A DNA stretch of 64,000 bases from Rhizophagus irregularis. Taxonomy: Eukaryota. Positions 34,848 to 48,652 of this stretch are shown piece after piece. The stretch's first letter is position 1; each line of letters opens with the position of its first letter. The notes beneath the pieces are model-generated. The model did no database searches. It was not told the origin of the DNA and worked only from the letters and a program-made list of their open reading frames with translations. Position numbers and translations under genes: made by a program. The stretch is from the NCBI RefSeq assembly GCF_026210795.1, contig NC_089432.1, positions 3,968,001 to 4,032,000 on the forward strand, given 5' to 3'.

Positions 34848-35700
34848 TATGACAAGTGTGATTAAATCTCCACTAGGCGGTGGTTTTGAGGGTACTTATG
34901 AGGAGCATATCGAATATATTGGTATGCGTTGTATCTTCGATACTGAAACTCCGTCTGAATGGAGAAATAGGATTTGGGATCGCCTAATGTATTTTCGAAA
35001 TAAAAAATATTATACATTTGGTGAGAAAGACTGCTTTTATGCTCGCAAAGCATCATCACATCTTGTTGATGGACAAAAAATCTATCCATTTTGTGGAATG
35101 GCTATCTGTTACTCATGCAATGAACTTATATATCTTGGAATAGAACACTTGTCAGTTGGTGTGAGATGTGTTTATAACGCATTGGAGGGTAAGTTCATAA
35201 CTGAGAAATTCAGAGACATTAGCTTTAATGGAACACATTGGGGTATGTATCAACATTGGGCCACTGCTTGTACCGGAAATAGGTTTTGTAAACTAAATTT
35301 CAAAGAATACATGGAAATGAAACAGCGGATCCCATTGGACAAGTGGATGAGCTTCCATCAATATGATTTGCAGATAAATCAATTTGGTAAATTCAGGCGC
35401 AGAGGACCATACACTAGTATAATTGATAATAACTATATCCTAAAAAATTTTGGCATTTATGCTGAAGAAAAACTATATAGTTATGCTTTATGGTTAGAAA
35501 ATGTCAGCAGAAGGATTAGGCGCATTAGACAGAGATGTGCTTTTCTAAGTGCTCCAAATTGCAAGAGTAATACAAGCGAACTATATATCTCTTCTCTCTT
35601 TGCAAAACAAAATAACTTATTACCCCTAAACTATAATCTCAATCATCCAAAAGGCACTGCAATGAGGTTGAGAAATGGGACAGTAATCAAGTTTGTCTAA
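34848..35700 (+). CDS. Hypothetical intronless protein with CYSC motif
   Basis: Long ORF; no family recognised. Confidence 0.55.
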
Positions 35701-35814
35701 CTGATTTGACCAGCATTAAGCACAACTGATTTCATTCTTGATATATAACTATTCACATAATTTATTGGACATGCATTATATAATATATTTTTTTCGAAAA
35801 GTTCAGGAAGATCA

Positions 35815-36444
35815 ATGAAACGCTCTTGGGGATTCTTGATTGTGAGACAATATAACTATCAGTTTGAGAATTTCTATGCAACAGTTATCCAGCGAGCTTA
35901 CAGGAATTACAAGAAGAGACCTGAATCTTTGGCAAAACGAATTTGGGAGGCGGTGAGGAATGATGATACTCCTAATAGATGGAAGTATTTAGGTATTATT
36001 CCTCGTGATGAGTATTTTTATTATATTAATGGGGAACTAATAAAATTTAACATGAAAATCTATTGTTTAAATTATCTATATGGGCTCACCTTATATGGTG
36101 CTAGAACTTGGGCAGAAGAGAAACGAGAACAATTAGCGTACCGATTAAATTGGTTAAGCATTGAACCTGTTAAAAAATTATTACAGCAAGAAGGTTATGA
36201 ACTTCTTTCTGGTGTATTTGAATGGCCTATCATGGTAAAATGGACACAGAATCCCAAATATTATCTTGATACTGAAGAAAATCGCATTTTTAGGTATTTT
36301 GTTAGAAAGGACATGTTGGGACCACGTGACATAGAATCCATAAAATCCCATAGTCGGCTAACTAGTGACTGGTGGTATAAACCTAAAGTATGGTTAGAAG
36401 ATTCTCAAAACAAAATAATGGGCATATACGGTGCTAATCAATGA
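35815..36444 (+). CDS. Hypothetical protein with IQ-like motif
   Basis: ATVIQRAYRNYKKR. Confidence 0.55.
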   Translation: MKRSWGFLIVRQYNYQFENFYATVIQRAYRNYKKRPESLAKRIWEAVRNDDTPNRWKYLGIIPRDEYFYYINGELIKFNMKIYCLNYLYGLTLYGARTWAEEKREQLAYRLNWLSIEPVKKLLQQEGYELLSGVFEWPIMVKWTQNPKYYLDTEENRIFRYFVRKDMLGPRDIESIKSHSRLTSDWWYKPKVWLEDSQNKIMGIYGANQ

Positions 36445-37128
36445 TGGGAAAAGATCGGCCAGACACAGTTTTCCTACCAGTCAGACGACTATAATTTACA
36501 AGGCTTCAAGTGTTCGAGTCTGTATCACTTGTGAGATCCCGAATAATACTGCATCTTAATAAAATACAGCTGTATGCATGCGTGATATAATAAACACGTT
36601 TTGCGATCCTCGTTAAAGGGTATATGATGTAATAGGTGATACTCTGCAAATCATCTGTAACTCTGTGTGACTGCTTGTGCAACAAATCAATTTTCACACA
36701 TAAGAAATCGATCCCCAAAATATTTCGAATTTTTTCCCTATCTATCTGAATAGCATTTATTTATGAGTTTATTTCCTCCGATGCTAGAGGCTAGATTTCA
36801 GCCGGAGTGTAGTTATATAATGCTACTAGGTCTTTACTGAGCGGTCAAGCAAGTGAAATAAAAAAAGTTCGTATATGCATATTCCCCAACGCCTTTGCAA
36901 TGTTGAGATCTACAATGCACATTCCGCATGTCTTACTCTTAAACATAAAATTTTGGCGTAAAGTGCCTCTCCTATCTCTTTTCCCAACATGAATGTGAGT
37001 TAGAGAGGACGTAATTGGGAAATACAAGACATTTAAAAAGGCAGTATGGCGAAAAGGTATTGAAATTTACATTATTTTTATTTCGCTTAGCAAGCTTCTA
37101 ACATTATATTTTGACTACCTTCATCATT

Positions 37129-39090
37129 ATGTCTTCAGAATATTTATACGTAAAAACTGTAGAATATTTGACCAGCGTAAAGACTGAACATTTAATGGCA
37201 GGCTCCGTTATTTACCAAGGGTTAGAAGAAAATCCTTGGATTAGTAAAGACGAACTAAGAGGCGTTGTAGAAAAAGTGGTTAATTTGATAAAAAACTCGC
37301 ATGGTATAGATTTTGAGCGTTCTGGAAAACTTATTCAAATTATACCACAGGTACGCTATTTTATAGGTGAAATATTATGATCATATTAAATCGAATGATG
37401 AGTACGCAGATAGTGGCACTTCTGAGGAGATAAGTATGTCGGTATAAAAACCCTATTAGCCTACCAACAGGATTTTCCTCGACGGTGTGGAGGGTTATTT
37501 ATGCTGAAGTCCATGCTTGTTTTAATGTGGTTAATATTGTGCCACACAAAGTTTCATTCGTGTAGCCAGGCCGTACCGAGTGATTTCTTTGTCTTGTTTT
37601 TTTGACGACCGCGCGGTTATTTATATTTTCATTTGATGCATCAGCGGTTATCTAACTTATTTGTATATCTGCGTTAGTTTGATATTGCTTTTGATTGTAT
37701 TAGCAATTTGCAGGACGTTGGAGTTATAAAAACGGTATGTTTTAAGAAAGGGTAGATGGTATGAATATATTTAATAACAATCTTTCGACTTGCAGAATAA
37801 AGAGAAGCCTCTTACTTCGGAACAGATTAAACACAATATAAATAAGTTGAAAGGAAAACTTGCTGTATGTGGCACTATCTTTTTTTTATATTGCTGGCAA
37901 GTCAGAATAATATAAGGTATTCGTATTATTTAGGCTGGAACATCAAAACTTTGCCAGGAGTTAGTAGTTATTTTAAATGGACTAACAATCTCCGAACTAA
38001 CCTGGAAGATCCCTTTGGCTAGTCAGGTCATAAGTGATGATTCGTTACTAGTAGCTCAATTATCAAAAAAACAAAAGAAAAAATTTATGGTACATATATT
38101 TCGCCAATGCTCTCTTTTCTTGTCGGTGGAAGATAATCTAGATTATTTCTACCATCTAAAATTAATTATATTTATTCCAGAAACCGGTTGAAGAAATGGT
38201 GCCCCCAACAATACCTCAAGGCGTAACAGAAGAATGTGTGAAATTCGTAACAAATTTCATGCCACGAAGTATACCAAGGTTGCAAGAAGGATTAACACAT
38301 GATGGGAACTGGAAGGAATGTGGCAATAAGCTTAATGAGGTCACGTTAAAAATTCTTGATACGTTGAAAAGTGTTTGGTGCAATCCGGCTTTCGGTCCTG
38401 AATTTGTCAAAACGATGAATGAGGGTACCTATGTTAATAATGTAGTTGTCTCCGCAATACGTGCTACATTATTTGATAACCCCTTTGGAGAACATGCATT
38501 CATTACTACGTAAGTTTTTGCAATATCCCGCCTCTATGTTTGCTATAGCAAGTTACGAATATTAAATTGATTTCTTTTTTAGTTTCGAACGCCAAAGTAT
38601 AGCAAGTTCGGATAGAAGGGGTGACGGGCGCACTGGAAGACGGCCAGATATAATGCTTGTGTCAAAAGAGAGTGATAAACTTTACGAACTTATGTACATA
38701 GAATGCTCACGAATTTTTTGTAATAAGCAGAAGGAAGATGATGATAATGTGAAATTATGGCGCGAAACCAATGATGGAATGTATTGGGTCCAAAAAAGTC
38801 GCAAACCTGAGAAGGGTCAATTCGGAATTATAGGGGTGCAAGTAGCAGGGCAAAAGCTATGTCTGAATATTCTGATTAGAGACAAGGTTGAAGTACATCG
38901 TTATTACAAATTACGTGAATCTATGATTCCAATTCGTTATACGTATGAACCTTCTGTTCTGGCTGAATTCATTAAAACTTTGTTGGTTTTGCGGAATATT
39001 TTAATTGTTAACATGTCCATACTACGCAGTACTCCTTTACGTAGATCAAGTAGAATTTTAGAAGATAGTTCAACAGTAACATCTGATTAA
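37129..39090 (+). CDS. Multi-exon protein with a C-terminal PD-(D/E)xK-like domain
   Basis: RRPDIMLV..MYIECSR..DDNVKLWRE; several GT-AG introns; 5' exon structure uncertain. Confidence 0.55.
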
Positions 39091-39621
39091 GTTAAAATAG
39101 ATAGATTGTATATACTATTAATAAAAAATCTCTTGGCAATTTTCTGAGACTGCGTGATCCTGCAAATTTTTTATTTTTTTTTGAATATTAACATACTAAT
39201 ACTACATTACGCTAGCATGCAATCCGAAATAGATGAGACTGATTCATTGAAAATGTGCATTGTCAAGCTCGAAGTCAAGAATGCCGAACTTAGAAAGAAG
39301 TTTGCTGAGATTGAAGCCAGGAATGCTGAGCTTAAGGCCAGAATTGCGAAATTGGAAGATAAGCAATTGCAAAACGAAGTGGTTAAAAACTTATTATCTA
39401 TATCACGAAAGACATGATCATGTATTCTTGGCAAATTTCAGCCGGGGCACCCCTGCCAAAATCACGTGAATTTTTTGCCAATCAGTTTTCTAGCAGATCT
39501 CCTATCTGATGTGACGCAATCCGTGATATTGGCGCGTAGCAAAGCACCTTCGGAGAAATTCTCAAAATTTTCTTATAAAATTTCTGAATCTATAAAATTC
39601 TCAAAATTTTTATTTGTAACA

Positions 39622-41122
<1,501 letters not shown>

Positions 41123-41146
41123 TCAAATTTCTTAGTGAAATTTCGC

Positions 41147-42817
<1,671 letters not shown>

Positions 42818-42866
42818 TCTCAAGGTAGGATTATTATGATGGTACTATAAATTAGGATGAAATACC

Positions 42867-45337
42867 ATGTTTGATCCGGCATATTCACAGCTTTTAGATA
42901 CGAATCAGGAACTTCGTAGTGAGCTTCAAGATGAGATTTTTATTAATAAGAGCAATGAGAAAAAAGTTTGCTCTCTCGTGAAGGAGCTTGAGCAATGTTA
43001 TCGAACTATCTCATTACAGGATAATACTATCATAGCCCACGAAAAAGAGATAGAGAAACTTAAATCAGAAATATCTGACTTGCGAAAACAGCTTAGGGTT
43101 TTACAACAGGATAAAAAATTCAAAGATGAGGTTGGGTCTATTCAAGATGGTCGAATCATAGAACTCGAAAATAAGGTTAGGAGTCTTAAAGCAAGAATCC
43201 GGATTCTCATAGATAAAAAAATCTCAATAAATGCTTTAGATATGGCAACGACTAATCTTATTGCAAACGTTAATAGAGGACTAGAGCGGATAGAAAATCA
43301 TATTAGAGGTGTTGGTACGCCTATGCAGAATCCTGCTAATGTTATAGATGGTATTAGAGGTTCGTTAAATACTATTCGGGTTACTTTGCAAAATATTACG
43401 GCTGAGCGTGATCAGTACCAGAACATATTAAATGATACGAATAACTGGGAACGGGATCTTGGAAATCAGTTAAGAGATAGTAGAAATCAGAATTTACGGT
43501 TACAACGTTTATTAGATGAATCCCGAGTTCAAGTTGAAAGAACTGTGAGAGAAAGGGACAATGCTCAAGGAGAGCGGAACTTGGCTATGCTGGCCTATAA
43601 TAATGAAAGACAAGAATCCAGGCGCTGGATGTTTTCATATCGAGATAAAGATAGGCATATCCAGGAACTATTGCGGGAAAAATTTGCTAAACAACTATTA
43701 TATCGGCGAGATACTAACCGTCTTCAGCAAAATACCCAACAGTTGCAGACTAATGCCCAAAATCAGGTAAATAGGATGTTAGTCATTATAGCGAGAAAGC
43801 AAACCCGTATCGGTGAATTACTACGTGAAAAGTTTGTTTTCCAGCTAGTGAATGGGCAAAGAGATCAGAATATTTTAAATTTGCAAGGACAAATTTTGGC
43901 GCTTCAGAATAACCCACCTAATATACAACATATAGGTATGGCAGGATATCCGCCTCCAAAATTTCATGGTTTAGCTGGTGAAGATCCAGCAGATTATATA
44001 AGAGATTTGCGTCAATGGTGTGAAGCTTCACCTAACCACGATCCGAATGCAGGTCATCAACACCGAATTCGTATTGATGGACTCTTTGAATCAGGTTTAA
44101 AAGATTATGCAAGAGATTGGTATGAAACTGAGATAAAGGGAAGAAACTGGGAATTGCACAATATTAGCGATAATACTGGTCTTGCAAATATTGGTGCCAT
44201 TAATGGTCTGGCTAATAATAATGCATTGCGTGCTATTAATGCTAATCAGTTTCGGGGTGGAGCTCTTCATATAAGAAATACTGTACCGGCTGATAATAAT
44301 GCGATTGCCAATCCAATAGTACCTGGACATACTGTTTGGGAAGAGGACTGGTCTATATCAGGTGGTCGCCCGACACTTTTAGCTCCAAATGCACCAAATG
44401 CTAATGCGGGTGTAATGTTATAGTTCTTGGAATGTTTGTTGGACAGAAGATACATACCTTTTTACATGACTTTCCAACGGTTACTGCTGAAAAATCTAAA
44501 GTTAAATTTCAGTCGCTTGTTCAAGGTAATGATCCTGTAGGGCGATTCTATACTAACTTAAAGAGAATGGTTAAATTAGCATACCCTTTACTTCCTGCTA
44601 TAAATCAAGATGAATTAGTTAAACAACAATTTTTTCATGGTCTTAAGCCTGATAACCAAATAGAAGTAAGACGAATCGGCTTAGAGACTCCTCTTCCTGC
44701 ATTAATTAAGAAATTAGAGGAAATTGAGAGATATAGCGCCCAGCAAATTCTTGGAACGACTCTGCATCAACCGTCACATAAAACCAATTCTCAAGGATCT
44801 TCTTCGGCTGAGATTGATAAGTTAAAATCTGAAATAGCCTCCCTACGAACCCAACTAGCTCAACCGGCTCAAGTACACCCTCAGAATAATGAGGCCTTAG
44901 AAAAGATGTATATACGTGCAGTACGTTTGGGAATGTCACCTGATGCACCAAGAGATCTTACATCCTTAGATAATTATATTAATGACGAATTAATACGGAG
45001 ATTGGGTGTTGCTAATGCCAACTATGCTAAGCTTTCCAAACAAATTAATGTGGTCAAAAAGTTACATAAAAGTGGCTGTAAACCTGCCCGTAAAACTTCT
45101 AAAACAAAGAAAAAAAAATCAAAAAATAAGTCTAAGAAGAAAAAATCCAAAAGTGGTCGAGACCATACAGCTAGAGTAGACGAACAATCGGATTCAGATT
45201 CTTCCGATAATGATACTTTTTCGTCGGAGTCTGAGGATAGTTCTTCTAGCTCTGAGAGTTCATCTTCTGAATCAGAGTCTGAGGCTGAGGCTGATGCTGA
45301 AATTAATGTTAATATATCTCGGGTAAAAAAAAAGTGA
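42867..45337 (+). pseudogene. Coiled-coil plus retrotransposon-Gag-like polyprotein (frameshift at ~44412)
   Basis: PPKFHGLAGEDPADYIRDL, L...ARDWY, FQSLVQGNDPVGRFYTNLKR, QQFFHGL; Lys-rich then Ser/acidic tail; adding one base in GGTGTAAT joins ORFs 42867-44423 and 44432-45337. Confidence 0.75.
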
Positions 45338-45566
45338 AGAAAGGACATAGTCCTATTACCTCCTCACAGAAGAAGAAATCAAAAACTCGCAAGTCTCGTA
45401 AGGTAAAAGATGCGGAAACAACCGGTCCCTTTGGGATCCCCCTTTAGCAGATCCTTCTGGGATCGCATCAGTTCCTATTTTCAAGAAGGAAAAGCAAAGT
45501 TCAAAGTCCCCACCACAGGACGAACAATCCCGCTTAGAAAAAATCATTGAGAAAATTATTGAGAAG

Positions 45567-46208
45567 GTGCTTAATGAAAAGTTTGGTACTATCACGGCCC
45601 TCCTTCACTCACAGAACGATAATTCTAAAACACTGGCCGATTCTGAAGAGGATGAATTCATTGATGTTCCTATGGAGATAGATTTTGTACAGAGAAAAGA
45701 TCCCGCCACAGATGTTGCCACTGTTAAATGTAGAATTAAGCGTCTAGTGATTCCGGCAGGTACAGTTGATCCTGGTGCTAATTTTCCAATCATGTCTGAG
45801 GATATAGCCAAACGATCAAAGCTAGAAATTGATACAAAAGAAAAACATGATCTCAGAGGCATTGCTACTACTCCTACAGAGTCGCTTGGAATTGTTAGGA
45901 ATGTTCCAGTAAATTTCGCTCCTAGATGTACTATATACGCCGATTTTGCAGTCGTCAAGTATCCTAAGCTGATGCTTATTTTACCCAACACATTGCTTGA
46001 TAAATATAACTATGATTTACTTGCATCGAAGCGAGAATTAAGACTAGAATGTAATGGCAAGGAATTTTTTATCCCAATTAATATGCATAAGGTCAAGAAC
46101 AAGCTTGAGGTGAATTGTGCGACCACTATTCCCGAATGTGATGATTCCTCGACCCCAGACAAAATTTCGCAGGACTTAATCGAAGATGGTACATTTAAAA
46201 AAAAGTGA
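45567..46208 (+). CDS. Retropepsin-like aspartyl protease downstream of Gag
   Basis: GTVDPGANFPIMS, LRGIA...SLG, DFAVV...LILPNTLL. Confidence 0.75.
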   Translation: MLNEKFGTITALLHSQNDNSKTLADSEEDEFIDVPMEIDFVQRKDPATDVATVKCRIKRLVIPAGTVDPGANFPIMSEDIAKRSKLEIDTKEKHDLRGIATTPTESLGIVRNVPVNFAPRCTIYADFAVVKYPKLMLILPNTLLDKYNYDLLASKRELRLECNGKEFFIPINMHKVKNKLEVNCATTIPECDDSSTPDKISQDLIEDGTFKKK

Positions 46209-46321
46209 GTTATGAGGAGCTTGAAAAAATGCTATATAGCACTCTTAAGTCTAAAGAAAATCTTAACGGACTATATGAGGAGTTGTTATCACGCTATATC
46301 GAACTAAATGAAAAACATCTT

Positions 46322-46776
46322 TTACATGGCTAGTATCCTATTTATTCCTTCTGTGACTTTTTCACCTCTCTTATCTTCTTTCTCATAAAATGCTCCTAAT
46401 TCCTCATTGCTTATATTTAAACTTTTTGAACTTATTGAAGCTAGTGGTGTCTGAATAACAGGTGACTCAGAGATGTGAACAGATTTAGACTTAGTTTTTT
46501 TTCCTCCGGTCTTTTTCACCTTATACCCAAAACAACATTGCATTCTACAGGGTCTGCTTGCTGATACGTATCAGGTTCTTCTGAAAATGGCTTTATATCT
46601 TTAGGATCTATTTGTGGATGGACTCCTCTCCAAATTTGATATACCCGTCGTGTTGATATTTTGTATTTATTAGCCATGGCTTCTGATGCCCGTTTCATTG
46701 AATTTTTGGCTTTAATAATATCCTGAATATCTTCAGAAGATAGACGGGTTGCATCTGAGCGCAAATACCTAATCAT
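46322..46776 (-). pseudogene. Small helix-turn-helix DNA-binding protein (two overlapping ORFs, probable frameshift)
   Basis: RLSSEDIQDI...AMANKYKISTRRVYQIWRG. Confidence 0.6.
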
Positions 46777-46940
46777 TTTACAAATGGATAGAAAAAATCT
46801 TTCAAAAAAATACCGATATATTTTCGGTATTCATTCGATTTTTGTTCAGTACTATCGATATATTTTTGGTAGATTCGATCCAGAAATTTTTAGTCATATT
46901 TTTTTTTACTATAGTAACAGTTAAGCCGAAATAAAAGGCT

Positions 46941-47999
46941 ATGACCAATGTATATACTTTGAAAGATATCAATAATAAAAGTGATTGTTCCTTTAGAGGG
47001 GTCGGTCAACGACTTGGTGGTGCAAATGAGCAAGAGATTAAAGAAAAATTATATTCTGCTCTTAAATCTAAAGCTGAAATTAATGATCTCAGCGAAAAGC
47101 TGGTAGATAAGTACAATGAGCGAGAAAAGGAGTTTGAAAATAAAGCTAGCCAGTTAATTGCATCCACTACTAAAGTTAGATCCCAACTTATTTCTGAACG
47201 AAAGTCTCATACTGAGAGTCAACGTGAGCTTGAAGCCAAATATACTGCCGAAATCCAATCGCTCAAATCTAAGATTAAAACACTGAAAAGAGAGGGGACT
47301 TTAGCCCGGAAAGCTTCGTCCGCCGACAAGACCAAGATTCTTTCTCTTGAAATTAAAGTACGTGAATTGGAAGGTAAGTTGGATGACTTGGAACTAGAAC
47401 AGGTGCTCCATGATTCGAATGCAGTGGGAGGGATGATAGAGGATCCAGCCCAATCTGATCGTAAAGAGATCGATTCTCTCAGGCTTGAATTGAAACGAGT
47501 GAAGGAGGACCTTAATTCGAAAGAATGTACAATAGAATGTATGGAAAAAGGGATAGAAGCGACACATGAGATAACCAGTTGGGAAATAGATGCTTTGTAT
47601 TCGGCACAATCAAAATTAATGGAGAAAAATAGGTCTCTCAGGGACCAGTTAGAATTGGAAAAAAATAATAAAGTAGATCCTCAACCCCTGCCTATGAATG
47701 ATTCATCGCATCTTGGTCCTGAAGCGACCCCTTCCACTCTTAATCCTTCTCAAATAATTTCTGTAGGTGGCGCAGAAGCGGTGCCTTTACTAACAACTGC
47801 TCCTATCGTCACGAGCTCCTCGATCCCGCCTATGTTAATATATTCTATACTTACCCTAGTACTTATTACGATTATATGCTTCATGGCTAGGAAATGGTGG
47901 AATTCGCGGAAGAAAGACGACCGACCAGGTATGATTTTTTCGGGACAGGCCATCTCGGAAATAATACCTAATCGACTACCGTATAAGTACTGGCGCTAG
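46941..47999 (+). CDS. Coiled-coil protein with Pro/Ser/Thr stalk and a C-terminal transmembrane helix
   Basis: MLIYSILTLVLITIICFMA followed by RKWW. Confidence 0.7.
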   Translation: MTNVYTLKDINNKSDCSFRGVGQRLGGANEQEIKEKLYSALKSKAEINDLSEKLVDKYNEREKEFENKASQLIASTTKVRSQLISERKSHTESQRELEAKYTAEIQSLKSKIKTLKREGTLARKASSADKTKILSLEIKVRELEGKLDDLELEQVLHDSNAVGGMIEDPAQSDRKEIDSLRLELKRVKEDLNSKECTIECMEKGIEATHEITSWEIDALYSAQSKLMEKNRSLRDQLELEKNNKVDPQPLPMNDSSHLGPEATPSTLNPSQIISVGGAEAVPLLTTAPIVTSSSIPPMLIYSILTLVLITIICFMARKWWNSRKKDDRPGMIFSGQAISEIIPNRLPYKYWR

Positions 48000-48329
48000 T
48001 GGGACTCCTTCGAATCTTTTTTGAATGCGGGCTAATACCTTTTTTGATAAATCTCTTTCGGCTTGGCGCTCGGGCGGATTTATTAAGACTTTTTTAGCTT
48101 GGGCCACCGTACATGCTAGTAACCATCCGATATGAATGAACTCACCTCCCTTACCATTATGCCCATAACGTTGTAAAAATTGATAGTCACCCATTACGAT
48201 ATCTGCCATTCCTTCCTGATCTGCTATTATCTTACTAAATAGCCACCTATCCTCTTCTGTGATCGGGAGGTGAATTTCATTTGGTTCGAATCCTATGTAC
48301 TGGGATACTTGATCACGTAGTTCAGCCAT
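47976..48329 (-). CDS. Hypothetical protein
   Basis: Intronless 117-aa ORF within the compact element core. Confidence 0.5.
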   Translation of the reverse strand: MAELRDQVSQYIGFEPNEIHLPITEEDRWLFSKIIADQEGMADIVMGDYQFLQRYGHNGKGGEFIHIGWLLACTVAQAKKVLINPPERQAERDLSKKVLARIQKRFEGVPLAPVLIR

Positions 48330-48652
48330 TATACCAATAAAGACTATGTTTAAAATATGCAGATTTTTGGCTGATCGTAAACTTTGATATGCAAAATACT
48401 AATGATTATCTCCGGGCATATCTGAGGTCGGGATATATGATCGGAGGATGATCTCTTGGGTCGGAGGCCGGAAGATCGATTATAGGAATTGAAGTTAGCC
48501 AGTATTATTGCAAGCGAAAAAAATATGCAGTCATAAATAATATTATGTGAAGAGCCTTAACGGCTAAGTATTCTTAGTTGAAATTGTCACATCCCGCTAA
48601 GAGTACTTATCCATATAAATCGATGATCTCGTCTATATCCGCTTCGGACGAA

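Noticed and set aside
42867..46208. Interpretation as a nested LTR retrotransposon
   Set aside because: No LTRs, PBS, RT or RNase H seen; the neighbouring integrase is on the opposite strand and Maverick-type. Not fully excluded without other copies.
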